Source: Candidatus Woesearchaeota archaeon (GTDB lineage Archaea; Nanobdellota; Nanobdellia; Woesearchaeales; GCA-2686295). Taken from it: DNA of 55,559 nt. The stretch's first letter is position 1, and each line of letters starts with the position of its first letter. This document shows, piece after piece, positions 42,514 through 50,508 of the stretch. The notes below the pieces were generated by a model. It had not been told where the DNA came from. It saw nothing but the letters and a program-made list of their open reading frames with translations, and did no database searches. The stretch is taken from positions 1-55,559 of the forward strand of contig JADHVI010000004.1 of NCBI GenBank assembly GCA_016784125.1, written 5' to 3'. Made by a program: the position numbers and the translations under genes.

Positions 42514-43062
42514 ATGAGTAAAAAATTTTGGGGAATATTGGGCGTTGCCAGCATTTTCACGGCAGGAGTGCTTGCGGGCGCTGCGATAGGACCTGTACAA
42601 TTCGACGATAATATTCCAACAGGGCATGTTATTCAAGATGCTGCTAGCGATATAATCGAAACACTTAATCCTACTAATTATAATACTTCTCCAGAACGAG
42701 ATTCTCCTAGTGATTGGATACAAGAAAGTCAGATAGAAGTCTATAGTGACAGAATAATTATTGATTTGCAAAACGCTGAATGGGCTTCATTTGTAAATAC
42801 TAATTCTATGGATCCTGTTTTAGACGAACATGCAAACGCAATTGAAATGGTGCCTGAATCAGCAGCAGATATTCAAGTTGGTGATATTGTTTCTTATGAG
42901 TCAGAATACGCGGATGGAACAATTATACATAGAGTAATATACAAAGGTCAAGATGAAAATGGGTTATACTTTATAATGAAGGGTGATAACAACCAGGCTT
43001 CAGATCCTGGCAAGATAAGATTTTCACAAATCAGAAGAGTTCTCGTAGCAATAATATATTAG
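42514..43062 (+). CDS. Signal peptidase I, archaeal/ER type (S26B, Ser-His)
   Basis: N-terminal TM, NTNSMDPVL (catalytic Ser box), TIIHRV (His box), MKGDNNQASD (box D/E). Confidence 0.75.
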   Translation: MSKKFWGILGVASIFTAGVLAGAAIGPVQFDDNIPTGHVIQDAASDIIETLNPTNYNTSPERDSPSDWIQESQIEVYSDRIIIDLQNAEWASFVNTNSMDPVLDEHANAIEMVPESAADIQVGDIVSYESEYADGTIIHRVIYKGQDENGLYFIMKGDNNQASDPGKIRFSQIRRVLVAIIY

Positions 43063-43189
43063 TGATGAACATGAAAGGATTTCTATACAATTTCTTATTT
43101 TTGGTTTTGGTGCTGGCTTTCATAGCTATAACTTTCATGGCTGTTTTTGTTTAGAAAACTTTTAATAATCCTAACAAAATCTTCTACTT

Positions 43190-44083
43190 ATGGATTCTGA
43201 GACAATAGAGAAATATAGGCAATCAGGCAAAATTGCTGCGAAAGCGCTACAACACGCATCTAAATTAATAAAACCTGGTGTAAAGCTTGTCACTGTTTGT
43301 GACGCTGCAGAAGATAAAATTCGAGAGCTTGGTGGTGGAATAGCATTTCCTACTCAGACTTCAAGGAATGAAATTGCAGCTCATTATTGTCCGGAAGATG
43401 ATGACGAAACAGTATACCAAGAAGGCGATGTTGTGAAGTTAGATGTTGGCGCAACAGTTGATGGTTATGTGTCTGATAATGCATTAACAGTGGATTTAGG
43501 TGATCATGCTAAGCTTGTTAAAGCTTCGCGCGAAGCAGTCAACGCAGCTTTGAAAATCGTTAAACCCGGAACTACTTTGGGTGAAATTGGTACTGCAATC
43601 CAAACGGCAATAGAGAAATATGGTTTTGCGCCTGTAAAAAATCTATCTGGACATGGCATTGGTCATTATAGTGTTCATGAATCTCCTTCAGTTCCAAATT
43701 TTGATTCTGGAAGTAAAAATGAACTTGTTGAAGGGCAATCAATAGCGATAGAACCTTTTGCAAGTACGGGTGCTGGAATGATACAGGAAAGTAGCAATCC
43801 GACTGTGTTTATGCATGTTGCTAGAAGGTCTGTTCGAAGCGCTTTTGGTAGAGATATATTGAAGGATATCGAATCTTACAATGGTCTTCCTTTTACAACT
43901 AGATGGTTATCCAGAAAGCACGGAATTGGTAAAACTAAGTTTGGTTTGCGTGAGTTGGTCAATGCTGGTGTGATTAGGGGTTATCCTCCTTTGCCTGATG
44001 TTAGAAAGGGTTTGGTTAGTCAAGCTGAGCACTCTGTTCTAGTTTTTGACAAACCAATTATTATCACAAAGCTTGATGAATAA
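43190..44083 (+). CDS. map: Methionine aminopeptidase, type 2
   Basis: IAAHYCP, VKLDVGATVDGYVSDNA, SGHGIG, IAIEPF and the inserted helical subdomain characteristic of type-2 MetAP; promoter-like GAAAACTTTTAATAAT 20 nt upstream. Confidence 0.85.
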   Translation: MDSETIEKYRQSGKIAAKALQHASKLIKPGVKLVTVCDAAEDKIRELGGGIAFPTQTSRNEIAAHYCPEDDDETVYQEGDVVKLDVGATVDGYVSDNALTVDLGDHAKLVKASREAVNAALKIVKPGTTLGEIGTAIQTAIEKYGFAPVKNLSGHGIGHYSVHESPSVPNFDSGSKNELVEGQSIAIEPFASTGAGMIQESSNPTVFMHVARRSVRSAFGRDILKDIESYNGLPFTTRWLSRKHGIGKTKFGLRELVNAGVIRGYPPLPDVRKGLVSQAEHSVLVFDKPIIITKLDE

Positions 44084-44157
44084 GAATATTTATCACCTTT
44101 CACAGTTGCAATGAGTCGTGATTGGAGACCATTAGCAAATATATTGAGGGAAAGATC

Positions 44158-45129
44158 ATGAGTTTAGTATTGCCTGTATTAGGAACTGCAATGCTTGCAT
44201 ACACTGGTTTGAGCATAGCGCCGTCTTTACAAAGAAAGTATTTTAAGGAGTTAGTTCCAGAAGTTGGAGTTGCACTTAAGAGTTGGCTCACAGATCAGAC
44301 TTACAAAAAAACTCCGGACAGAGTATTTGCATCTTTACATAATCATTTCTTCCCTTTGGAAAAATATGGGGGAATCGAGAACTTCGTAGATGGATTAATG
44401 GCGCGATCAGATATAGTTGCAGTCACAGAAAGAGGAAATACTGAAATGGCGACTGTACTCAAATTTAAAGATTTGCAGTCTCAAGTACAAGATCTTGGTC
44501 AGGAGTATGAAGTGGTTTATGATAATAAGATTATCAAAGTATCAAAAGGAGATAATTCAGTAATTTTGTTGAAGTCACAAGAGTTGTTGACAAAACAACA
44601 TCTAGAAATAGTTACTTATGGTTGTACAAATTTTAGTGATGGGGTTAGTGCAGATGTTTTAACAACTCAGGCAGTAATGCAGAATGCGACTTCAAGTCAT
44701 GCACATCCATATTCACTTTCTACATCGATGTTTAGAGGAAGATTTAGATTGCCATCTAGAGAAGAAGAAATTGAGAGAACAAAGTATAGTGAAATGTGTG
44801 ATTGGATAGAAGGTCATAATGCTCAGAATTCTTGGTTTGCTAAATCAATGATTGGTAGTAATGTGCTCGCAACAAGAATGGCTAGTGAACTTGGAAAACC
44901 TTGTATTGCAACAGCTGATGGTCATGGTCCAATATCAAACGTTTCACTAGCAGGAATATCTTTTAGTCCTGGAGTATTAAACACTAGTTCTGGTAATGAT
45001 TTATTATATTCGATGAGACAGGCAACTAATACAGGGGACTATGAACTTCATAGAGCATATAATGATCCAGTTAATTTTGGAAGAACGGTTTTTGCAGCTG
45101 CTTTGAAAGAATTCTTACACATAAAATAG
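44158..45129 (+). CDS. Membrane-anchored protein, possibly a PHP-family metal-dependent phosphoesterase
   Basis: ATG 44158 follows SD GAGGGAAAG (the track start 44122 is TTG). N-terminal TM; His-rich blocks ASLHNHF, SSHAHP, IEGHN and ATADGHG resemble PHP motifs. Confidence 0.4.
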   Translation: MSLVLPVLGTAMLAYTGLSIAPSLQRKYFKELVPEVGVALKSWLTDQTYKKTPDRVFASLHNHFFPLEKYGGIENFVDGLMARSDIVAVTERGNTEMATVLKFKDLQSQVQDLGQEYEVVYDNKIIKVSKGDNSVILLKSQELLTKQHLEIVTYGCTNFSDGVSADVLTTQAVMQNATSSHAHPYSLSTSMFRGRFRLPSREEEIERTKYSEMCDWIEGHNAQNSWFAKSMIGSNVLATRMASELGKPCIATADGHGPISNVSLAGISFSPGVLNTSSGNDLLYSMRQATNTGDYELHRAYNDPVNFGRTVFAAALKEFLHIK

Positions 45130-45330
45130 TTATCTAATACCAGATGTATCACGTTTCGTGCGTATTGCTATCTCGTATCCACAATGCTGACAATTAGTTG
45201 TTTTATAGTGTATAACTGGGGAATGTTTATCCCAGTTTGAACTAAAATCTTGTTTGTGCTTTTGTCCGCATCCGCCACAAATCTCTTCTAAGTCTGACTC
45301 TCGTAATAACTGCATAATATCCTTGAACAT
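45130..45330 (-). CDS. Small zinc-ribbon protein (66 aa), tandem paralogue A
   Basis: RESDLEEICGGCGQKH...HYKTTNCQHCGYEIAIRTKRDTSGIR; roughly 60 percent identical by eye to 45375-45566. Confidence 0.6.
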   Translation of the reverse strand: MFKDIMQLLRESDLEEICGGCGQKHKQDFSSNWDKHSPVIHYKTTNCQHCGYEIAIRTKRDTSGIR

Positions 45331-45374
45331 GGCTGGCTCTAGGTCTCTATATAAAAGTTTGTATTTACTAATTA

Positions 45375-45566
45375 CTAAGGAGAATTTCTTATTCCAGAAG
45401 AATCTTTAGTTCTAAAAGAAATTTCGTAACCACAATGCTCACAGCTCTTTGTTTTATAGTGCGCACTAGGTGTTCGTTTACACCACTCAGAAATAAAATT
45501 ATTATCGTGTTGTTTTCCACAACTAGCGCATATAGTTTCTAAGTCCGACTCTCGTGATAACGACAT
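45375..45566 (-). CDS. Small zinc-ribbon protein (63 aa), tandem paralogue B
   Basis: RESDLETICASCGKQH...HYKTKSCEHCGYEISFRTKDSSGIR. Confidence 0.6.
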   Translation of the reverse strand: MSLSRESDLETICASCGKQHDNNFISEWCKRTPSAHYKTKSCEHCGYEISFRTKDSSGIRNSP

Positions 45567-45636
45567 GATTAATTTGTGTTCTCTGTAATTTTTGAGGGCT
45601 GAGAAGTACTATTTAAACTTTTTTATTATCTTTATA

Positions 45637-45915
45637 ATGGCAAAAATCGAAAACTATATATATGGCCACCTTCAGAAACGTGTAATGGCAAACGAAGAAT
45701 TTTCCGATGAATTTGAATCAGTTTACAGTGGCGATGGACGAGAGGGACTAGTAGAAGATGATGAGATAAGTCCTGAAGAGGAAGCTTTTATGGCAGGATA
45801 TGATAGCGAAGACGAAAAAAAGAAAGAAGACGAAGACGACGATGATTATGAAAAAGCGTTTGATGAAGCAGAATCCTCTAGTAGAAGTAAAAAGAAAGTA
45901 ACAAAGAAAAAATAA
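45637..45915 (+). CDS. Highly acidic small protein (92 aa) with a basic C-terminal tail
   Basis: First ATG 45637 (the track start 45592 is TTG). EEEAFMAGYDSEDEKKKEDEDDDDYEKAFDEAE, ending SRSKKKVTKKK. Confidence 0.45.
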   Translation: MAKIENYIYGHLQKRVMANEEFSDEFESVYSGDGREGLVEDDEISPEEEAFMAGYDSEDEKKKEDEDDDDYEKAFDEAESSSRSKKKVTKKK

Positions 45916-45929
45916 TGATTTTTCTATAT

Positions 45930-47816
45930 TTATTGAAACGAACTAAACAAAGGTCTCTTACTTAACAACATTGGTAATGGAAGTTGTTTGAATGGAAAAC
46001 CGTTCGTGTGTTTCTGGATTTCTTTGACGAGTTGAACTTGTGTCATCGTAGTTGGTTCTTTGGCTCCTCTAACTCTGACTTGGAACTTCTTTGATTTGAG
46101 TTCATTGTCACCAATTACTAAAGTATATGGTATCCAGTCTTGACCTGCTTTCCTAATTTTTTTACCGAGCGATTCTTCTCTATCATCAACATCTGTTCTT
46201 ATGTTATGCCCGAAGATATCTTTAGCTATTTGTTCGCATTTTTTCAAGTGATTTTCAGTTGCGACTGGAATAATTCTAACTTGTGTTGGTGCTAGCCATA
46301 ATGGAAATGATCCAATGCCGCCTTTTTCCATTTTTTTTGCTTGCATCTCTAAAATGGTGTATATCACTCTTTCAATTGCACCGCTTGGTGAACAATGCAA
46401 GATAATTGGGTGTTTCTGTTCATTATTTTTATCGGTAAATTTGATATCATAGCTTTCACCGTTTTCAACATCTATTTGGTCTGTTGATAGAGCTGCTGCT
46501 TTGTTTACCGAGTCTATGAAGTTAAACTCGTATTTTAATAGGAAGTAGAATTTTCTATCTTTCCACATCTCTACAAGAATTGGCTTGTTAATCTTTTTCA
46601 TTATGTGCTGGACTAAATCCTTGTTTTCCTTATAGAAATCTTCTGTTATTCTAAGACCTACTTCGAAATCTTTTGGTTTGATTCCAACGCCTTTTAATGT
46701 ATCTAGACATAAATTCAATCTAATTTTGTATTCGCTTGTTGCTTGTTTCATATCCGCGCATAATGCGTGAACATCTGGCATCGTAAAAGCTCTTAATCTT
46801 CTGAGTCCTGATAATTCTCCACTTTGTTCTCTTCTAAAACTGTATCTTGTTAATTCATAGAGTTTTAATGGCAGGTGCTTGTATGATATGATTGCATCTT
46901 TTGCCATTAGGAATTGACCAAAGCAAGCTGCAAATCTTAAAAAGAATGTTCTCTTGTCACTTGCAATCTGGTATTGCCTTGCTGGAAATTTGTTCAAGTA
47001 TCTTTCAAGCGTTGGATGTTTGATATCATACATGATTGGCGTCTCAACTTCTACTCCTCCGTACTGGATTACTTTATCGTTCACGTACTCTTCTAAAAGT
47101 TTCTTGATTAGTCGTCCTTTTGGATAATATCTTAAGTTTCCAGAATCGGATGCTGGTTCATAATCTACTAATTCTAATTTTTTCATTAGTGGAATGTGTG
47201 CTGGTTCTTTAGCTGAGTTTCTATCTTTCTCTTTTTCGTAGTATGAGAACTTCTTTAGGTTTTCATGTTTTCTAAAATCGAATTTGTTTAGTTCTACAAG
47301 TTTTCCGTTGGTATCTAGAATGTACCAGTAGCTCTTGAGTTTTTCCTCTGCTTTCAATGCTTCTGATACAACTTCCTTGCTTTCTTCATTGTTTTTTGTT
47401 GGAATTAGTTGGCTTGATAGCTCTGATAATGGGTGTCCTTTACACGAAATGTTAAAAGACTTGTACCATCCGAATGGTGCTCTAATAACTATGAATTTTT
47501 CTTTCTTTACTAGTTGTTCAAGTTTTTTTAGAATTGTTACTGCTACATCTGGTTTTGCAAGGTTTGGACTTAGATGTGCGTATGGGTATAGCATTACTTT
47601 ATTTGTTTTGACTTTATCGCAGTTCTTCTTGATTTCTTGTAATGCTAACTCTGCTGCTTGGTCAGGGTTTTGTTCATCAATATCTTCTACCGCGATAAAA
47701 ACCGTTAAGCATTCTTCAAGTCGATTCTTTTTATCTTTGATGTCTTCTGCGCTCTTAATAGCTTTTTTCTTTGCCTCGTATTCGATATAATCTGAATGTA
47801 TTGATAATAACTTCAT
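45930..47816 (-). CDS. thrS: Threonyl-tRNA synthetase, archaeal type with an N-terminal DTD-like editing domain
   Basis: MKLLSIHSDYIEYEAKKKAIK... (archaeal editing domain), class II core (FRREQSGELSGLRRLRAFTMPDVH) and C-terminal anticodon-binding domain; SD AAGGAGGA. Confidence 0.9.
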   Translation of the reverse strand: MKLLSIHSDYIEYEAKKKAIKSAEDIKDKKNRLEECLTVFIAVEDIDEQNPDQAAELALQEIKKNCDKVKTNKVMLYPYAHLSPNLAKPDVAVTILKKLEQLVKKEKFIVIRAPFGWYKSFNISCKGHPLSELSSQLIPTKNNEESKEVVSEALKAEEKLKSYWYILDTNGKLVELNKFDFRKHENLKKFSYYEKEKDRNSAKEPAHIPLMKKLELVDYEPASDSGNLRYYPKGRLIKKLLEEYVNDKVIQYGGVEVETPIMYDIKHPTLERYLNKFPARQYQIASDKRTFFLRFAACFGQFLMAKDAIISYKHLPLKLYELTRYSFRREQSGELSGLRRLRAFTMPDVHALCADMKQATSEYKIRLNLCLDTLKGVGIKPKDFEVGLRITEDFYKENKDLVQHIMKKINKPILVEMWKDRKFYFLLKYEFNFIDSVNKAAALSTDQIDVENGESYDIKFTDKNNEQKHPIILHCSPSGAIERVIYTILEMQAKKMEKGGIGSFPLWLAPTQVRIIPVATENHLKKCEQIAKDIFGHNIRTDVDDREESLGKKIRKAGQDWIPYTLVIGDNELKSKKFQVRVRGAKEPTTMTQVQLVKEIQKHTNGFPFKQLPLPMLLSKRPLFSSFQ

Positions 47817-47846
47817 TTTTGTTTCCTCCTTGTTGTTTATCTTAAT

Positions 47847-48920
47847 TCATTTTAATATTTTTTGTACTTCTTCAAATATTATGTCAGATGAAAATTTATT
47901 GCCTTCTATTGAAAAATGGTATGAGTCAAATTTCATATTTGAGAATCCTTGTTCCTCTATGGGTTCTACAAGACTTAATATGTGAAAACCGTTTTTTTCT
48001 CCTTCGGCTCGTACTAAGTCATAGATTTCTTGCAAGTCACTAATATCTTCTCCCATCCACATAAATGGCATTATTACTAATAGCACTTCAAACTCTTTTT
48101 CTTTAGATATTTTGGCTATTTCCAAAAATGCGTATTCAACGGTTCCCCATTCACATTGATCTTTGTAATACGGACTCCAAAGATTATATACTGAACTTTT
48201 GTTATTATTAGGTTTCAAATTATTTATTTTTGTTTGAAATTCTTTTACTATCATAAATTTATTAAAAAAATTCTTTACTTCACAACTTCTTGGCATTCCT
48301 GCTTGTTTTAGTATTCTATTTTTCCAATTAATTGCTTCTCTGTGTCCTTGCATTAATGCTATTGGTCCATTATCTGGTGTTCCTGCATCATTTATTACAT
48401 AACCAATTATGACTAGTTCTGGATCATATTTTATACCATACATTTTCAAAATCTCTAATTCTTGAACTGCTGTATAACCATTCTGTGCTAGATTTATGAA
48501 TTCGTATTGTTCATTTGTTTGTTGAGTTTTTTTGTTTAGGAGTGAAGGAATACTTTCATTAGCTCTTACTTTCTCACCTAACATAACTGAATCGCCCAAT
48601 ACGACTATTCGACTTTGATTGTTCTTGTTTTCAAAAGATCTTTCTTTGTCTCTAAAACCCAAGGAATTTCTACCTAGAACTTCTTTTGATCCGTTTGGAT
48701 TAGTTATTATTTCTTCGACTGTTTCTGTTCCTCTATATCCAAGAATTGGGTTATCTAAGATTTCAAATCTATCTGATTTGTATGAAGGATTTTCTCTGAT
48801 TGTAAGTATGATTTCTAATATTGCTAAGACTATTATTATGGTTATTATTGTCAAGAAAATTCTACTTTTCAATATCTTAATTAACATATTTGAGGATTCT
48901 TTGTTTGAAGTTTTCTTCAT
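47847..48920 (-). CDS. SGNH/GDSL-family hydrolase with an N-terminal membrane anchor
   Basis: TM IFLTIITIIIVLAILEIILTI, block I RIVVLGDSVMLG; 30 nt upstream of thrS on the same strand. Confidence 0.65.
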   Translation of the reverse strand: MKKTSNKESSNMLIKILKSRIFLTIITIIIVLAILEIILTIRENPSYKSDRFEILDNPILGYRGTETVEEIITNPNGSKEVLGRNSLGFRDKERSFENKNNQSRIVVLGDSVMLGEKVRANESIPSLLNKKTQQTNEQYEFINLAQNGYTAVQELEILKMYGIKYDPELVIIGYVINDAGTPDNGPIALMQGHREAINWKNRILKQAGMPRSCEVKNFFNKFMIVKEFQTKINNLKPNNNKSSVYNLWSPYYKDQCEWGTVEYAFLEIAKISKEKEFEVLLVIMPFMWMGEDISDLQEIYDLVRAEGEKNGFHILSLVEPIEEQGFSNMKFDSYHFSIEGNKFSSDIIFEEVQKILK

Positions 48921-48940
48921 GTTTTTTTTCCAGCTTTAGC

Positions 48941-48960
48941 TCTATTTATAATTTTTCTTT
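48941..48960 (-). promoter_or_regulatory. BRE/TATA promoter (leaderless) of the SGNH hydrolase-thrS operon
   Basis: Minus strand AAAGAAAAATTATAAATAGA; the TATA ends 24 nt before ATG 48920. Confidence 0.45.
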
Positions 48961-48961
48961 C

Positions 48962-48985
48962 TTGGAATCAGAATTTGGATTCCAA
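48962..48985. repeat. Perfect 8-bp inverted repeat TTGGAATC-N8-GATTCCAA
   Basis: Arms at 48962-48969 and 48978-48985. It lies between the stop of the Thr-run sORF and the BRE/TATA of the downstream operon. Confidence 0.7.
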
Positions 48986-49057
48986 TTAAATAGTTGTAGT
49001 TGTGGTGGTAGTTGTACTAGTTGAGAAATTTGTTGTTTTTGTTTTGTTTGATTTCAT
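48986..49057 (-). CDS. 23-codon Thr-run mini-ORF (MKSNKTKTTNFSTSTTTTTTTTI), candidate leader peptide
   Basis: Hand translation codon by codon. SD AAAGGTGGT lies 3-4 nt before the ATG (49057-49055). There are 13 Thr codons, 8 of them consecutive. Stop is TAA at 48988-48986. Confidence 0.4.
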   Translation of the reverse strand: MKSNKTKTTNFSTSTTTTTTTTI

Positions 49058-49122
49058 TTTACCACCTTTTGTATGTTATCATTATAGCGTATCAACTAAT
49101 GTTTAAAAATTTATCGGCAGAA

Positions 49123-49314
49123 CTACCCTATTCTATACTCGTAAGTATTTCTTTTTCCGGTGTTCTTGTATTTGATTAAGTTGGTCTTTCTTAGTTTCTT
49201 TAAGGACATGGTTACTGATCCTATAGACACGCCTAGCTTTGCAGAAATTTCTCTAGATGTGTACCACTTACCTTTATTTTTTCTTAGAAAGTCGAAGACT
49301 TCTTGTTGTCCCAT
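49123..49314 (-). CDS. Small winged-helix DNA-binding protein (63 aa)
   Basis: EVFDFLRKNKGKWYTSREISAKLGVSIGSVTMSLKKLRKTNLIKYK: HTH plus wing. Confidence 0.6.
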   Translation of the reverse strand: MGQQEVFDFLRKNKGKWYTSREISAKLGVSIGSVTMSLKKLRKTNLIKYKNTGKRNTYEYRIG

Positions 49315-49603
49315 TAAAATTCACCTTTTTAATTTTTGGGATTCAAAAAAATATTTTTTTTTGTAATCCCATTAATTTTCACCCATTTACCCCTTGTTAC
49401 TTTCTATCGGGCTTCTACTATATAAGCTTTTCTTTTTTATAGCAAGAATCCGACTATTACTAACAATAATCCTAGTCCTATTGACGCCCAAGCAGTCTTT
49501 TGATTGCTGTTTAAGCTTTGAAAGTTCGCATATATTGAAGTATAAGATATTGTTGTCACCTTATTTTCTTATTTAGAAACTATATAAACTTTGTCGATTA
49601 CTG

Positions 49604-49747
49604 CTAAATGGTGCTAAGATTGTGCAGTCCTTTGCATTGGGTTGTTCTGTTGGCACAGTGCATACATTGGTATGTTATGAAAAGAGAATTTCCGCTGTTG
49701 ACTTGGTCAACTTCTTTCATACCATGATTACATTGTTTACAAAGCAT
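49604..49747 (-). CDS. 47-aa zinc-ribbon mini-protein (below ORF-track threshold)
   Basis: Hand translation: MLCKQCNHGMKEVDQVNSGNSLFITYQCMHCANRTTQCKGLHNLSTI (CxxC...CxxC). Promoter-like AGAAAGGTATATAAA (49771-49785) sits 23 nt before the ATG. Confidence 0.4.
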   Translation of the reverse strand: MLCKQCNHGMKEVDQVNSGNSLFITYQCMHCANRTTQCKGLHNLSTI

Positions 49748-49924
49748 GAGTATACTAATCACATAACCCCTTTATATACCTTTCTATAATAGTATAGGAA
49801 AGTGTATATTAATTTGAGTTATTTTCGCAATTTTTTCGATTTATTTCCCAAAATTGTTTTAAAAAATGTTTTCTAGTTTTAATTAATAACAAAATATAAA
49901 AAGAAGTAAGACAAATCTTACTTT

Positions 49925-50191
49925 ATGAAAATCGGAATAACTAAAATGAGTTCAAAAGGACAAATCGTCATACCTGTCGACATGAGAAAAGACTTAAAAG
50001 AAGGCGAACAATTGATTGTTATGAAAAGTAAAGGAAAACTTATCCTGAAAAAAGCTTCTGAATTGGACAGACAATTAGTTGAAGACTTAGACTTTGCAGA
50101 ACAAACAGAAAAAGCATGGCGAGAAATTGAGGCGGGAAATTTTGTAAGGATGAATGGTGATGAGTTCCTAGAAGAAATTAAAAAATGGTGA
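49925..50191 (+). CDS. AbrB/SpoVT-family antitoxin
   Basis: MSSKGQIVIPVDMRKDLKEGEQLIVMK is the SpoVT/AbrB swapped-hairpin signature; lies upstream of a RelE/ParE-like gene. Confidence 0.75.
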   Translation: MKIGITKMSSKGQIVIPVDMRKDLKEGEQLIVMKSKGKLILKKASELDRQLVEDLDFAEQTEKAWREIEAGNFVRMNGDEFLEEIKKW

Positions 50192-50238
50192 TTTTTTGGA
50201 GACAAAAAAACTTGGATTTTTTTTATGGAAATTAAAAA

Positions 50239-50487
50239 ATGGTAGTCACGGATTTTGGAAAACAATTTGAGAGGAATTTTAAGAAAATTAAAGATAAATC
50301 ATTAAAAGAGAAATTATCAAAAATAATCCATAAAATTATCTTATCTCCTGAAATCGGTAAACCAATGCAATACGGAAGAAAAGGAACGAGAGAACTTTAT
50401 ATCAAGCCTTTTCGCTTGTCTTATTCATATATCCACAATGAAGATAGAATAATATTCATAGACATATATCACAAAGATTCTCAATAA
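50239..50487 (+). CDS. RelE/ParE-superfamily toxin
   Basis: FERNFKKIKDKSLKEKLSKII... and C-terminal RELYIKPFRLSYSYIHNEDRIIFIDIYHKD match the RelE/ParE fold pattern. Confidence 0.7.
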   Translation: MVVTDFGKQFERNFKKIKDKSLKEKLSKIIHKIILSPEIGKPMQYGRKGTRELYIKPFRLSYSYIHNEDRIIFIDIYHKDSQ

Positions 50488-50508
50488 TCAAAAAAATAAA
50501 TTTCTTAT

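Noticed and set aside
49315-49924. Possible CRISPR array or other regularly spaced repeats in the ORF-poor AT-rich interval (and elsewhere in the window)
   Set aside because: By eye there is no repeat of 24-40 bp recurring at regular spacing, and no cas genes are in the window.
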